From NCBI GenBank assembly GCA_023898465.1, contig CP060223.1, positions 288,001-352,000 on the forward strand: a DNA stretch of 64,000 nucleotides, read 5' to 3'. Under the pieces are notes generated by a model. It worked only from the letters and a program-made list of their open reading frames with translations. It had not been told where the DNA came from and did no database searches. The stretch is from Candidatus Nomurabacteria bacterium (lineage in GTDB: Bacteria > Patescibacteriota > Patescibacteriia > HK-STAS-PATE-3). This document shows, piece after piece, positions 26,052 to 35,577 of this stretch; position 1 is the first letter of the stretch; each line of letters opens with the position of its first letter. A program made the translations under genes and the position numbers.

Positions 26052-26070
26052 GTCAGGTGCATTCCATTGA

Positions 26071-26097
26071 GACGACTTTGCCCGGAGTCGTCTTTTC
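26071..26097 (+). terminator. rho-independent terminator
   Basis: GACGACT-loop-AGTCGTC stem followed by TTTTC. Confidence 0.55.
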
Positions 26098-26147
26098 ATA
26101 GCGTCTTTTCGAGAAAATTGCTATAGTGGAAGCTGAATTACGGGGGT

Positions 26148-27980
26148 ATGACGCAAAAATTTTCTTCATTAGAAAAAATAGCTGCCCAGCTTCGTTATGA
26201 TGTGCTCACCATGACGTCGCGGGCCGGATCAGGTCATCCATCATCTTGCTTATCCGCAGTCGAGATAATGACTGCTTTGTTTTTTGGAGGAGTATTTCAC
26301 GCTGATCTGACGAAGCCGGAGTATGCGAATAACGACCGACTTATTTTTTCAAAAGGTCATGCTGCTCCATTGCTCTATGCGCTCTACGCAAGTGCAGGTC
26401 AAGTAACGGAAAAAGAGCTGCTGAGTTTGCGTGCGTTCCAAAGTCCGCTGGAGGGGCACCCTAGTCGCGCTTTTCCTTACACTGAGGTGCCGACCGGATC
26501 GCTAGGACAAGGTTTATCCAATGGCATAGGTATGGCTGAGTACGCACACCGTCATCGTTTGTCGTATCACACCTATGTGCTTCTTGGTGACAGTGAAATG
26601 AGTGAAGGTTCAAACTGGGAGGCAATGGAGTATGCGGCCTCGCATAAGTTGAGTGCACTCGTGGCGCTTATTGACCTGAATGATTTAGGTCAAAGCATGC
26701 GCACTCTGCCACTCGCTAAGGCGGAACAATTAGCTGCTCGGATAAAGTCATTTGGATGGCAAGTCTATGTTGTTGATGGGCATACTATCCCACAACTCTT
26801 GTCCGTGTTGAGTAAGGCAAAAAAGAGTCTCCAAAAACCCGTAGCGATTATTGCTCGGACGGTAAAAGGGAAAGGCGTCTCTTTTATCGAGGGGCGTCAA
26901 GGCTGGCATGGAAAAGCGCTGAGCAATGAAGAGCTGGAAAAAGCTTTAAAAGAAATTCCGTATCCAAAAAATAGAGTGCGAGGAAAGCTAGCCCAGCCGC
27001 AGAAAAAATCCCTGCCAGAATCAACAGCACGTCCAGTGCCGAATTGCCAGTACCGTAAGAGCACTTCAGTTTCCACTCGACGGGCGGCTGCCCATGCACT
27101 TGTCCGATTGGCGCCAAAGTATCCGGAGCTGCTTGTCCTAGACACTGAGGTAGGAAACTCAACGCATACGGAAGACTTTGCCGAAGTGTATCCTGAGCGT
27201 TTTTTGCAGTGTGGCATAGCTGAACAAAATGCCGTTGGCATGGTTAATGGCTTAGCGCGTCGCGGCGCTTTACCAGTCTACGCTACCTTTAGCGCCTTTC
27301 TCACACGAGCCTTTGATCAGCTGCGCATGAATCAATACAGCGACACGCGTCAGGTGTATATTGGTACGCATTCGGGTGTTTCTATTGGCGCGGATGGTCC
27401 ATCGCAAATGGGTCTGCAGGACATTGCCATGTTTCGTTCGCTGGAAAAAAGCGTGGTGCTTTATCCATCTGATGCCTTTGCAGCTGAGCGCTTAGTTGAG
27501 GAGGCTATGAAGCAGAGCGGTATGGTCTATATCCGCGCGACCCGGCCTCGAGTACCTATACTGTACAGCGCAGGGACAAAGTTTATTGTCGGCGGCAGTC
27601 AGACTTTGCGTCAAAGTACAAATGATAAACTCACCATTCTCGCCGCTGGCATCACTGTGTTTGAGGCATTAAAAGCTGCTGATGCATTAGCTGGCAGGGG
27701 CGTTAAGGTGCGAGTGATCGACCTCTATAGTGTGAAGCCGCTTGATGTGTCAACCTTACGCAAGGCGGCTAAGCAAACGAAAGCCTTCATCGTTGTAGAG
27801 GATCATAACCCTGAGGGCGGTATTGCCGAAGCAGTGCGTAGTGCTTTTATCCAATGCCCAGTACCCATCTATAGCCTAGCGGTGCAAAAACGACCCAAGA
27901 GCGGAACGCCAGAAGAACTTTTAAAATATTGCAATATTGATGCCAGTGCCATACTTCGTAAAGCGCAGACACTCATATGA
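26148..27980 (+). CDS. tkt: transketolase (single-chain)
   Basis: N-terminal TPP-binding domain (SGHPSS..., GDSEMSEG), pyrimidine-binding and C-terminal domains. Confidence 0.85.
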   Translation: MTQKFSSLEKIAAQLRYDVLTMTSRAGSGHPSSCLSAVEIMTALFFGGVFHADLTKPEYANNDRLIFSKGHAAPLLYALYASAGQVTEKELLSLRAFQSPLEGHPSRAFPYTEVPTGSLGQGLSNGIGMAEYAHRHRLSYHTYVLLGDSEMSEGSNWEAMEYAASHKLSALVALIDLNDLGQSMRTLPLAKAEQLAARIKSFGWQVYVVDGHTIPQLLSVLSKAKKSLQKPVAIIARTVKGKGVSFIEGRQGWHGKALSNEELEKALKEIPYPKNRVRGKLAQPQKKSLPESTARPVPNCQYRKSTSVSTRRAAAHALVRLAPKYPELLVLDTEVGNSTHTEDFAEVYPERFLQCGIAEQNAVGMVNGLARRGALPVYATFSAFLTRAFDQLRMNQYSDTRQVYIGTHSGVSIGADGPSQMGLQDIAMFRSLEKSVVLYPSDAFAAERLVEEAMKQSGMVYIRATRPRVPILYSAGTKFIVGGSQTLRQSTNDKLTILAAGITVFEALKAADALAGRGVKVRVIDLYSVKPLDVSTLRKAAKQTKAFIVVEDHNPEGGIAEAVRSAFIQCPVPIYSLAVQKRPKSGTPEELLKYCNIDASAILRKAQTLI

Positions 27981-28807
27981 ATATAGTTTTTGACATTGGT
28001 GGTACAAACATTCGCATTGCGCGAGTAAAAGGCACTCGCCTTGATCGAATTGAGAAATTTTCCACTCCCTCAAAGCCACAAGCTGCATTTACCTTGATGG
28101 TAAAGCACATTGATGCGCTTCGAGGTGAGGAAAAAGTCACACGGATTATCGGTGGCGTACCCGGGTCAGTGGATAGTACACGTCAACAGTTAGTCCGGGC
28201 AGCTAATTTAACGCAATGGAAAAAATTCGCCCTGGGAAAAAAACTTGCCCAGCATTATTCCGCTCGTGTACAACTTTATAATGATGCTGATCTCGCAGGA
28301 TTAGGTGAAGCATATTATGGCGCGGGAAAAGGCAAAGAAGTGTTTGCTTACCTTACCCTGAGCACCGGCATCGGCGGCACGAGAATCGTGAAAGGGAAAA
28401 TTGACCAGGCAAGTGGAACATTTGAACCTGGACACCACGTGATAGATGCTGCAACTGTCCTTCGGAAGGGCCCACGGTCAGAAGGCTATTGGGAAAAATT
28501 CGTTTCTGGTTCAGCTCTGCAGCGCCGCTTCCATAACCCAGCTGAAAAAATACATGATGCCAAAGTGTGGCAGGAATTTCATGCATATATTGCCCTGGGT
28601 TTGGTCAACGTCAGTATTTTTTGGTCACCGGAGGCCATAGTCTTAGGTGGCGCGCTTATGCAGAATACGCACGTTTCCATATCCCGTTTGCAAAAACTTT
28701 TACAAAAGTATTATTACATTTCCAGTCCTACACCCAAGCTCATCCGAGGCAAGTTAGGGGATAGAGCGGGCTTGTATGGCGCAATGAGTTTACTTCGTCA
28801 TATTTAA
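27977..28807 (+). CDS. ROK-family sugar kinase (glucokinase-like)
   Basis: N-terminal FDIGGTNIRIA ATPase motif. ROK-like size. Confidence 0.6.
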   Translation: MNIVFDIGGTNIRIARVKGTRLDRIEKFSTPSKPQAAFTLMVKHIDALRGEEKVTRIIGGVPGSVDSTRQQLVRAANLTQWKKFALGKKLAQHYSARVQLYNDADLAGLGEAYYGAGKGKEVFAYLTLSTGIGGTRIVKGKIDQASGTFEPGHHVIDAATVLRKGPRSEGYWEKFVSGSALQRRFHNPAEKIHDAKVWQEFHAYIALGLVNVSIFWSPEAIVLGGALMQNTHVSISRLQKLLQKYYYISSPTPKLIRGKLGDRAGLYGAMSLLRHI

Positions 28808-28816
28808 GGAGCGTAT

Positions 28817-29251
28817 ATGCTTTATCTCGCATCCGACCACGGTGGATATCAACTCAAAGAGAAGTTAAAAAAACAATTAGGCAAGGCAAATATTTCTTTT
28901 GTCGACTTGGGTGCAAAAACAGTGAAGCCGGATGATGATTATCCCATCATTACCAAGCAGCTGGCCGAGGCGGTGGCAAAGTCCTCGAAGCATCAGGGCA
29001 TACTGGTCTGTCGATCTGGTACTGGGGTGTGCATTGCCGCGAATAAGATGAAAAAGATTCGAGCAGTGGCAGCGGGCGATGCGTGGACAGCCAGACGCGG
29101 CAAACGCGATGAAAATGCAAACGTGCTTTGTCTAGGATCTGAGCATCCTAATGCGGCCCAGAGCTGGAGCATTGTCCAGGCTTGGTTAAAGCAAGCATTT
29201 CGTAATAGCACTCGGGATAAGCGTCGCCTCATTCAGATAAGTACTTTGTAA
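28817..29251 (+). CDS. rpiB: ribose-5-phosphate isomerase B
   Basis: DHGGY...CRSGTGVCIAANK motifs of RpiB/LacAB. Confidence 0.85.
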   Translation: MLYLASDHGGYQLKEKLKKQLGKANISFVDLGAKTVKPDDDYPIITKQLAEAVAKSSKHQGILVCRSGTGVCIAANKMKKIRAVAAGDAWTARRGKRDENANVLCLGSEHPNAAQSWSIVQAWLKQAFRNSTRDKRRLIQISTL

Positions 29252-29890
29252 ATGGCGAAGGTCCTGCTTACTCCATCAATTCTCACTGCCTCGATCGCGG
29301 TTGCGCAAAAGCAAGTAAAACTTTTTCATAGCTTTTGCCCTCGACTGCACTTGGATTTAATGGACGGCGTCTTTGTTGCGCAGCGATCATTCAGTCCGAA
29401 GCAGCTCATGAAGCTGCGTTTGCCGCGGCAGACAAGTGCGCATTTAATGGTGCATGATCCCAGCGAATGGATGAGCCAAGGGGTGCAGGCGGGGATTCGT
29501 AGTTTTATCTTACATACCAGCTCTGACTTCACTCCAGTCTTGTTACGCGAGTTGTCTGCGCAATATACATTGCGTCTGGCTGTCCGGCCGGGCGTTTCCT
29601 TGAGCGAGGTGAAGAAGCTGGCCAAGTATGCAAAAGGTCTACATGTGATGACAGTTGAGCCGGGCCGTCAGGGTGGACCCTTTTTGCCTGCTCAGATAAG
29701 CGTGCTGAGGCGTTTGCGTAAGCTTTATCCGCGCATGTCGATCAGCGTAGATGGACACATGAATGCTGATACCATACCACTCGCCGTTGAGGCAGGGGCA
29801 AACGAGATCATTTTAGGTTCAGTATTGACTCGGTCTCGTGAGCCAAAGAAAGTGTTTCACGCTTTGCAAAAAATAGCCCAGGCAGTTTAG
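29252..29890 (+). CDS. rpe: ribulose-phosphate 3-epimerase-like
   Basis: PSILTASI...HLDLMDG motifs of the Rpe TIM barrel. Pentose-phosphate gene context. Confidence 0.7.
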   Translation: MAKVLLTPSILTASIAVAQKQVKLFHSFCPRLHLDLMDGVFVAQRSFSPKQLMKLRLPRQTSAHLMVHDPSEWMSQGVQAGIRSFILHTSSDFTPVLLRELSAQYTLRLAVRPGVSLSEVKKLAKYAKGLHVMTVEPGRQGGPFLPAQISVLRRLRKLYPRMSISVDGHMNADTIPLAVEAGANEIILGSVLTRSREPKKVFHALQKIAQAV

Positions 29891-29932
29891 GAGATTGCGC
29901 CGCCGGCAGACTTCCAGTATAGTAGCCACTGT

Positions 29933-31807
29933 ATGAACGCCCAGTCTATTCGTAAGGAATTTCTAGAATATTTTGCGTCCAAAGGTCACGCGGTAGTGCC
30001 CTCATCTTCGCTCATACCAGATAATGATGCGTCAGTATTGCTGACCACGGCTGGAATGCAACAGTTTAAGCCATACTTCTTAGGGCAGCGTGATCCTAAA
30101 GAAGACTTTGGTGCGAATCGTCTTTGCTCGGTACAGAAGTGTTATCGCACGAGTGATATTGAGCCGGTCGGCGATGCCTCGCATCACACCTTTTTTGAAA
30201 TGCTGGGTAACTTCGCCATGCATGATTATTTTAAACCCGAAGCAATTGCTTTTGCCTGGGAGTTTCTGACCAAGAAAATGCACCTCCACAAGGATCGACT
30301 TTGGGCAACCTATTATGCCGGAGACGAGTTGGTGGGTGAGGATAGTGAGGCGGCAAAGCTATGGGAAGAGTATTTACCAAAAGAACGCATCCAGGGCTTT
30401 GGTCGCGATGCCAACTGGTGGGGTCCACCAGGTAATACCGGGTCTTGCGGTCCTTGCGCTGAGCTGCACTATGACATGACGGAAAAGGCCTGTGCCCTGG
30501 GAGAACAGTGTAAGCCAAACTGTGCCTGCGGTCGTTTCGTAGAGCTCTGGAATCTTGTGTTCACGGAGTACGAAAAAAATGAGAAAGGCGAATTCACTCC
30601 TTTGCCAACCAAGAATATTGATACCGGCATGGGTTTAGAGCGCCTGGCGACCGTTGTCCAAAAAAAGCAGAGCAACTACGAAACAGATTTATTTGCACCA
30701 ATTTTCGAGTTTCTAGAAAAAGACGAACACTTTGGTCAATTGGAATTTGCTTCAGAGAATTTGAAGCGCATGCGTATTGTGGCTGATCATATTCGAGGCG
30801 CGGTTTTCTTATTAGCTGATGGTGTGCGCTTTAGTAATAAGGATCGGGGATATGTGTTGCGTCGTGTGGTCCGTCGAGCAATTGATCAGTATGCATCGCT
30901 TGAACTTACTTTTGCCGGCATTGTTGAAACGATAGTGAGCATGTACGAAATGCCATATCCGTACTTGCGAGAGCATCAGTCAGAAATAGTGAGCTTGTTG
31001 GAAAAAGAGCTCGAAGGCTACCGTCGAGTATTAAAAGCTGATGTCACGGTGGTGTATAAGAAAGTGCAGAAGCAGCTTGGGTCGCAAGAGCTTGAAGAAA
31101 TGACAGAGCGGACACCGAGCGAACGGGACATAAGTGCTGAAGAAGCTTTTCGACTATTTACTAGCTACGGCTTTTCACCTGATCGATTAAAGAAAGAGGG
31201 CTATCGTTTTGATGAGGCAGCCTTCCAAGAGTTTCTCAAGCAGCATCAGGATGTTTCACGATCGCAGTCAGGGAAGGTGACTGGATTCCATGGAGGTTTA
31301 GCAGACACCAAGCCAAACACTGTGCGCGGGCATACTGCAACACACTTACTCCAAGCGGCTTTGCGTGAAGTGCTGGGGAATCATGTGGCACAAAAGGGAA
31401 GTAATATCACTACTGAACGCGTGCGTTTTGACTTCCTGCATCCTGATAAAATGACACCTGAGCAGATTCAGCAAGTTGAGCAGATTGTGAATGAAAAGAT
31501 CAAGGCGGATTTACCGGTCTATAAGAAGTGGTACACGGTAGCTGAAGCCAAAGAGATTGGCGCCTTAGGTTTATTTGAAGAGCGCTACGGCGATAAGGTG
31601 TCAGTATATTTAATGGGAAGTGAAGATCCGGCAAAAGTTTTTTCAAAAGAGTTTTGTGGAGGCCCTCACGTTGCGCACACCGGCTTAATCGGCAGCTTTA
31701 AAATAAGCAAGGAAGAATCTTCTAGTGCTGGGGTGCGCCGTATTAAAGCCTTGGTGGGGGAGAGTCTTGACCCTTCTTTGGCTGGAAAAGAAATCGAAAC
31801 GCTCTAA
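29933..31807 (+). CDS. alaS: alanyl-tRNA synthetase, short form lacking the C-Ala/DHHA1 domain
   Basis: AlaRS catalytic N-terminus (LLTTAGMQQFKP), editing-domain HTATHLL and CGGPHV motifs. Only 624 aa. Confidence 0.85.
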   Translation: MNAQSIRKEFLEYFASKGHAVVPSSSLIPDNDASVLLTTAGMQQFKPYFLGQRDPKEDFGANRLCSVQKCYRTSDIEPVGDASHHTFFEMLGNFAMHDYFKPEAIAFAWEFLTKKMHLHKDRLWATYYAGDELVGEDSEAAKLWEEYLPKERIQGFGRDANWWGPPGNTGSCGPCAELHYDMTEKACALGEQCKPNCACGRFVELWNLVFTEYEKNEKGEFTPLPTKNIDTGMGLERLATVVQKKQSNYETDLFAPIFEFLEKDEHFGQLEFASENLKRMRIVADHIRGAVFLLADGVRFSNKDRGYVLRRVVRRAIDQYASLELTFAGIVETIVSMYEMPYPYLREHQSEIVSLLEKELEGYRRVLKADVTVVYKKVQKQLGSQELEEMTERTPSERDISAEEAFRLFTSYGFSPDRLKKEGYRFDEAAFQEFLKQHQDVSRSQSGKVTGFHGGLADTKPNTVRGHTATHLLQAALREVLGNHVAQKGSNITTERVRFDFLHPDKMTPEQIQQVEQIVNEKIKADLPVYKKWYTVAEAKEIGALGLFEERYGDKVSVYLMGSEDPAKVFSKEFCGGPHVAHTGLIGSFKISKEESSSAGVRRIKALVGESLDPSLAGKEIETL

Positions 31808-31828
31808 ATTTTTTCTTAAGAAAAAGTA

Positions 31829-31849
31829 AGCCCTCCCAAGGGCTTTTTT
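31829..31849 (+). terminator. rho-independent terminator after alaS
   Basis: AGCCCT-CCCA-AGGGCT hairpin followed by TTTTTT. Confidence 0.7.
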
Positions 31850-31893
31850 GTATTGACGAAACCATTTTAAGTGATAAAATACTTGCGTAATAA

Positions 31894-32005
31894 GCCGTCG
31901 CATATAAAGCGCGACGGCGCACAAAAAAGAAATATTCGCTCTCTTACAAAGTTCTCAAAACATTTATTACAAAATCCGCGCCGTCGCAATGTGAGCGCCG
32001 TCGCA
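31894..32005 (+). promoter_or_regulatory. array of GCCGTCGC motifs upstream of ssb (one palindromic pair plus two direct copies 17 bp apart)
   Basis: GCCGTCGC-ATATAAAGC-GCGACGGC palindrome at 31894-31918. GCGCCGTCGCA direct repeats at 31978-31988 and 31995-32005. Confidence 0.5.
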
Positions 32006-32070
32006 GGTGAATGTGGAAAAGTATTTTTTCTTTCAACGCATACGACAAAGGTGGCATGAAAGGAGTTCAC

Positions 32071-32481
32071 ATGGACGTGAACAAAGTAACTTTGATCGGG
32101 AATTTAGTCCGCGATCCCGAGGCGAGAAATTTACCGAGCGGACAGGCGATTAGCACTTTTTCACTCGCCACAAACTATAGCTGGCGAGACATTAAAACAA
32201 AGAGTCGCAAGGAGTCAACTGAATTTCATGACATTGTTGCCTGGGGAAAATTGGGCGAAATCATCCAGCAGTACGTGAAAAAGGGCAGCAAAGTATATAT
32301 CGAAGGTCGCCTCCACCGTCGTTCTTGGGAAGATAAGGCAAAACAAAAGCATTATCGAACCGAGGTAGTTGCAGAAAATTTGGTCATGCTAGGTCATCGT
32401 AGTGCAAAGACAAAAGAAGTTGAACCAACCGAGTTACCAAAAGATGAGGTCAGTGTAGAAGAAATCCCCGTTACCGCTTAA
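32071..32481 (+). CDS. ssb: single-stranded DNA-binding protein
   Basis: OB-fold N-terminus (VNKVTLIGNLVRDPE...), acidic C-terminal tail. Confidence 0.85.
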   Translation: MDVNKVTLIGNLVRDPEARNLPSGQAISTFSLATNYSWRDIKTKSRKESTEFHDIVAWGKLGEIIQQYVKKGSKVYIEGRLHRRSWEDKAKQKHYRTEVVAENLVMLGHRSAKTKEVEPTELPKDEVSVEEIPVTA

Positions 32482-32769
32482 GCTCTTTACACTCGAGAAG
32501 TTTGAACAAGCGTTCAGGCTTCTCGTCCGCTCAGCATGTGCGATCACTTGATGGTTCCTTTAAATTTTGATCGCCACCAAAATTTGTCTGCTATCAAGCG
32601 GCTGCTATGTTGAGTGGACGAGAGGTTAATTCTCTTCTTATGCAAATCATTTACTCCATCATTTCTATACTTATTCTCTGTGTTTTGGGAATCATTTTCC
32701 GAGTGCTTACTTGGACAGAGGAAGAAAACTAATTGTCTTTGTTGTAAGACTTTAGGTGTCTGTAGAAAA

Positions 32770-32961
32770 ATGAACAAAGCTACACTAATAAAAGGATTAC
32801 TACGTTTTGGTGCGAGCAGCTTATTACTCTCAGGGTATTATTTTCATATTTTTTCTACCGATAGCATATTGGTTGACTTAGTCGTTCCTCTTGCTACTTT
32901 TATCTTTGCCGTCTTTTTGATTGATAAAGGTGTAGATAGAGCTTTCAGAAAACTCAACTAA
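32770..32961 (+). CDS. hypothetical small membrane protein (AT-rich region)
   Basis: Internal ATG with two hydrophobic helices. Weak evidence. Confidence 0.2.
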   Translation: MNKATLIKGLLRFGASSLLLSGYYFHIFSTDSILVDLVVPLATFIFAVFLIDKGVDRAFRKLN

Positions 32962-33095
32962 AAATGGGGGAAAGAACGCCTAAGCGTTTCTTCCCCACAC
33001 TCCAATAGAGAGAATGCTGCAGCGCGGTTGCTACGTCAACGCCTGATTTTTAGCTTGGAAAAGTTAGAAAAAAATGGTATACTAAGATCGAAGAA

Positions 33096-34280
33096 ATGAA
33101 ACTTCGATCTCATCGACAAGCAAAATATAAAGACAAGGTCGTGCTCTATCGCGCGACCTATGATATTACCCTAGCAAAACGAGGAAACGCCTGGGTGGTG
33201 CCGGATGATACCCGCATTCGGGAAACTTTGCCGTCTTTGCGTTGGATATTGAAGCAAAAACCCCGGGCAGTGGTAATTCTCACCTGGCTGGGTCGCCCAA
33301 AACGAAGCGGCGACCCGCAATATAAGCTTGATCCTGTAGCAAAGCGCTTAAGCTCACTGCTACATAAGCCAGTGAAGAAACTTGATCAGACCGTGGGTCC
33401 AAAGGTGCAAGAAGTCATTGAAGACGCAAAAGCGGGCAGTATACTTATGCTTGAAAATGTGCGCTTTGAAAAAGGTGAGGAAAATAATTCAACTGCCTTT
33501 GCAAAGGCGCTCGCCGCTAACGCCGATATAATGGTAAATGATGCTTTTGGTCAGTGTCATCGCAATGTGCCTTCCATTGTCGGCGTGCAAAAGTATTTAC
33601 CCTCATTTGCCGGACCTTTGCTTGAAAAAGAGGTAGAAATGCTTGACCTAGTGCGTAAAAAACCGAAGCGCCCACTGGTGGCGATTATGGGCGGTGTAAA
33701 AATTGGTACACGCATCGGGTTAATTAAATATTATCTTAAGCACGTTGATTACTTGTTGCTTGGTGGCGCCTTATCAAACACAATCCTGGCCGTGAAGGGT
33801 GTGCAGATTGGTAAATCTGTACAGGAGCCAGGCGTTCGTTCCGTGGTGCGTGGCCTCAATCTCATGAACAAAAAACTATATATTCCAATTGATGTGGTAA
33901 CCTCTACTGACGCAAAAGGAAAGGGATCTTTGCATCGACGACCAGTTGGCCGGGTAAGTAAGAATGAGTACATACTTGATATTGGTCCTGATACCGTAGC
34001 GCTTTTTTCTTCTATTATTCGAAAAGCTCGAATGATAGTATGGAATGGACCTCTTGGTTATACTGAAAATAAGCGCTTTGCGTACGGTACACGTTCGATA
34101 GCGCTAGAAATGGCAAAAGGTAAGGGCGAAACAATTGTAGGCGGAGGCGACACGCTTGCCATCTTGTCTCAGTCTCATCTTTTATCAAAATACGATCATG
34201 TCTGCACGGCTGGAGGGGCCATGCTGACTTACCTTGAATACGGGACACTCCCGGGTCTTAAACCACTTTTTACTCGTTAA
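33096..34280 (+). CDS. pgk: phosphoglycerate kinase
   Basis: PGK motifs (LENVRFEKGEE, GGGDT). TG-extended -10 (TGGTATACT) upstream. Confidence 0.9.
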   Translation: MKLRSHRQAKYKDKVVLYRATYDITLAKRGNAWVVPDDTRIRETLPSLRWILKQKPRAVVILTWLGRPKRSGDPQYKLDPVAKRLSSLLHKPVKKLDQTVGPKVQEVIEDAKAGSILMLENVRFEKGEENNSTAFAKALAANADIMVNDAFGQCHRNVPSIVGVQKYLPSFAGPLLEKEVEMLDLVRKKPKRPLVAIMGGVKIGTRIGLIKYYLKHVDYLLLGGALSNTILAVKGVQIGKSVQEPGVRSVVRGLNLMNKKLYIPIDVVTSTDAKGKGSLHRRPVGRVSKNEYILDIGPDTVALFSSIIRKARMIVWNGPLGYTENKRFAYGTRSIALEMAKGKGETIVGGGDTLAILSQSHLLSKYDHVCTAGGAMLTYLEYGTLPGLKPLFTR

Positions 34281-34293
34281 TATTTTCTCCTTC

Positions 34294-35568
34294 ATGCCTA
34301 CACCAAGCATCTCCAAAGTTACTGCACTAGAAATTCTTGATTCACGTGGCAATCCTACCGTGATGGCAAAGGTTGAATTAAGCAATGGTATGGAAGCGCG
34401 AGCGGGGGTGCCATCCGGAGCTTCTACCGGACGTTTTGAAGCATTGGAGTTGCGCGATAATGACATTAATCGATACCGCGGCCGGGGCACTCGTAAAGCA
34501 GTAGATAATATTAAGACGGTTATTCACCAAGCGCTAAAAGGTAAAAGTGTTGATGATAGCTCGCAGATTGATCGCATCATGATTGATTTGGACGGTACAG
34601 AATACAAATCCAAGTTGGGGGCAAATGCCATCCTGGCGGTTTCATTAGCCTGCGCGCGCTTAGCCGCAAAAGTCTCAGGTAAACCACTCTATCAGTACAT
34701 TCATGAGCATTATGGTTTTTCTGATCAGCCGCTCCGCTTACCCGAACCCATGATGAACATTATGAATGGAGGTAAACACAGCGACTCTGGCTTATCGATC
34801 CAAGAATTTATGGTTGTACCGCACGCGCCGTCCTTCCATGAACGAGTACGCATCGGCGCAGAAATTTTTATGGCTCTCGGAGATCTCCTTCATCAGCAGC
34901 GGCTCTCAAAGTTGGTCGGAGATGAGGGTGGCTATGCACCACGCTTAGATGCAAACACAAAAGCTTTTGAGATGATTCTCGAAGCAATTCATCAGACAAA
35001 TTACAAACCAATCGATGATGTGACTTTGGCTATCGATGCCGCAGCAACGGTCTTTTATGAAGCTGATCTGAATCAATATCGTCTTATGCCAGAGGATTCA
35101 ACTTACTCGGCTGATAAGTTAGTTGATCTCTATAAAGAATGGACAGAAAAATATTTCCTTCGCTCGGTTGAAGATGGATTGCGTGAAGATGACTGGAACG
35201 GTTGGAAGATGATGACAAAGAAGTTAGGAGGAAAAGCTATGGTGGTAGGTGACGATCTCTTTGTAACGAATCCATCGCGCTTACGAGAAGGTATAAAGAA
35301 AAATGCTGCCAACGCTATCATTATCAAGCCGAACCAGATAGGCACAATGACTGAGGCAATTGAGGCGACAAAACTGGCTCAGCAAAATCATTACGCGGTG
35401 ATTGTGGCGCATCGCTCTGGTGAAACTATTGATGATTTTATTGCTGACTTAGCTGTTGGCGTGAACGCAGATTATATTAAGACTGGCTCCTTGTCTCGTG
35501 GCGAGCGTATGGCAAAATACAATCGCTTGTTGGAAATCGAAATGGAATTGAGTGAGTGGAAGAAATAA
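34294..35568 (+). CDS. eno: enolase
   Basis: ILDSRGNPTV, SGASTG, IKPNQIGT motifs. Start at the ATG after the pgk stop. Confidence 0.9.
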   Translation: MPTPSISKVTALEILDSRGNPTVMAKVELSNGMEARAGVPSGASTGRFEALELRDNDINRYRGRGTRKAVDNIKTVIHQALKGKSVDDSSQIDRIMIDLDGTEYKSKLGANAILAVSLACARLAAKVSGKPLYQYIHEHYGFSDQPLRLPEPMMNIMNGGKHSDSGLSIQEFMVVPHAPSFHERVRIGAEIFMALGDLLHQQRLSKLVGDEGGYAPRLDANTKAFEMILEAIHQTNYKPIDDVTLAIDAAATVFYEADLNQYRLMPEDSTYSADKLVDLYKEWTEKYFLRSVEDGLREDDWNGWKMMTKKLGGKAMVVGDDLFVTNPSRLREGIKKNAANAIIIKPNQIGTMTEAIEATKLAQQNHYAVIVAHRSGETIDDFIADLAVGVNADYIKTGSLSRGERMAKYNRLLEIEMELSEWKK

Positions 35569-35577
35569 ACAGCTACT

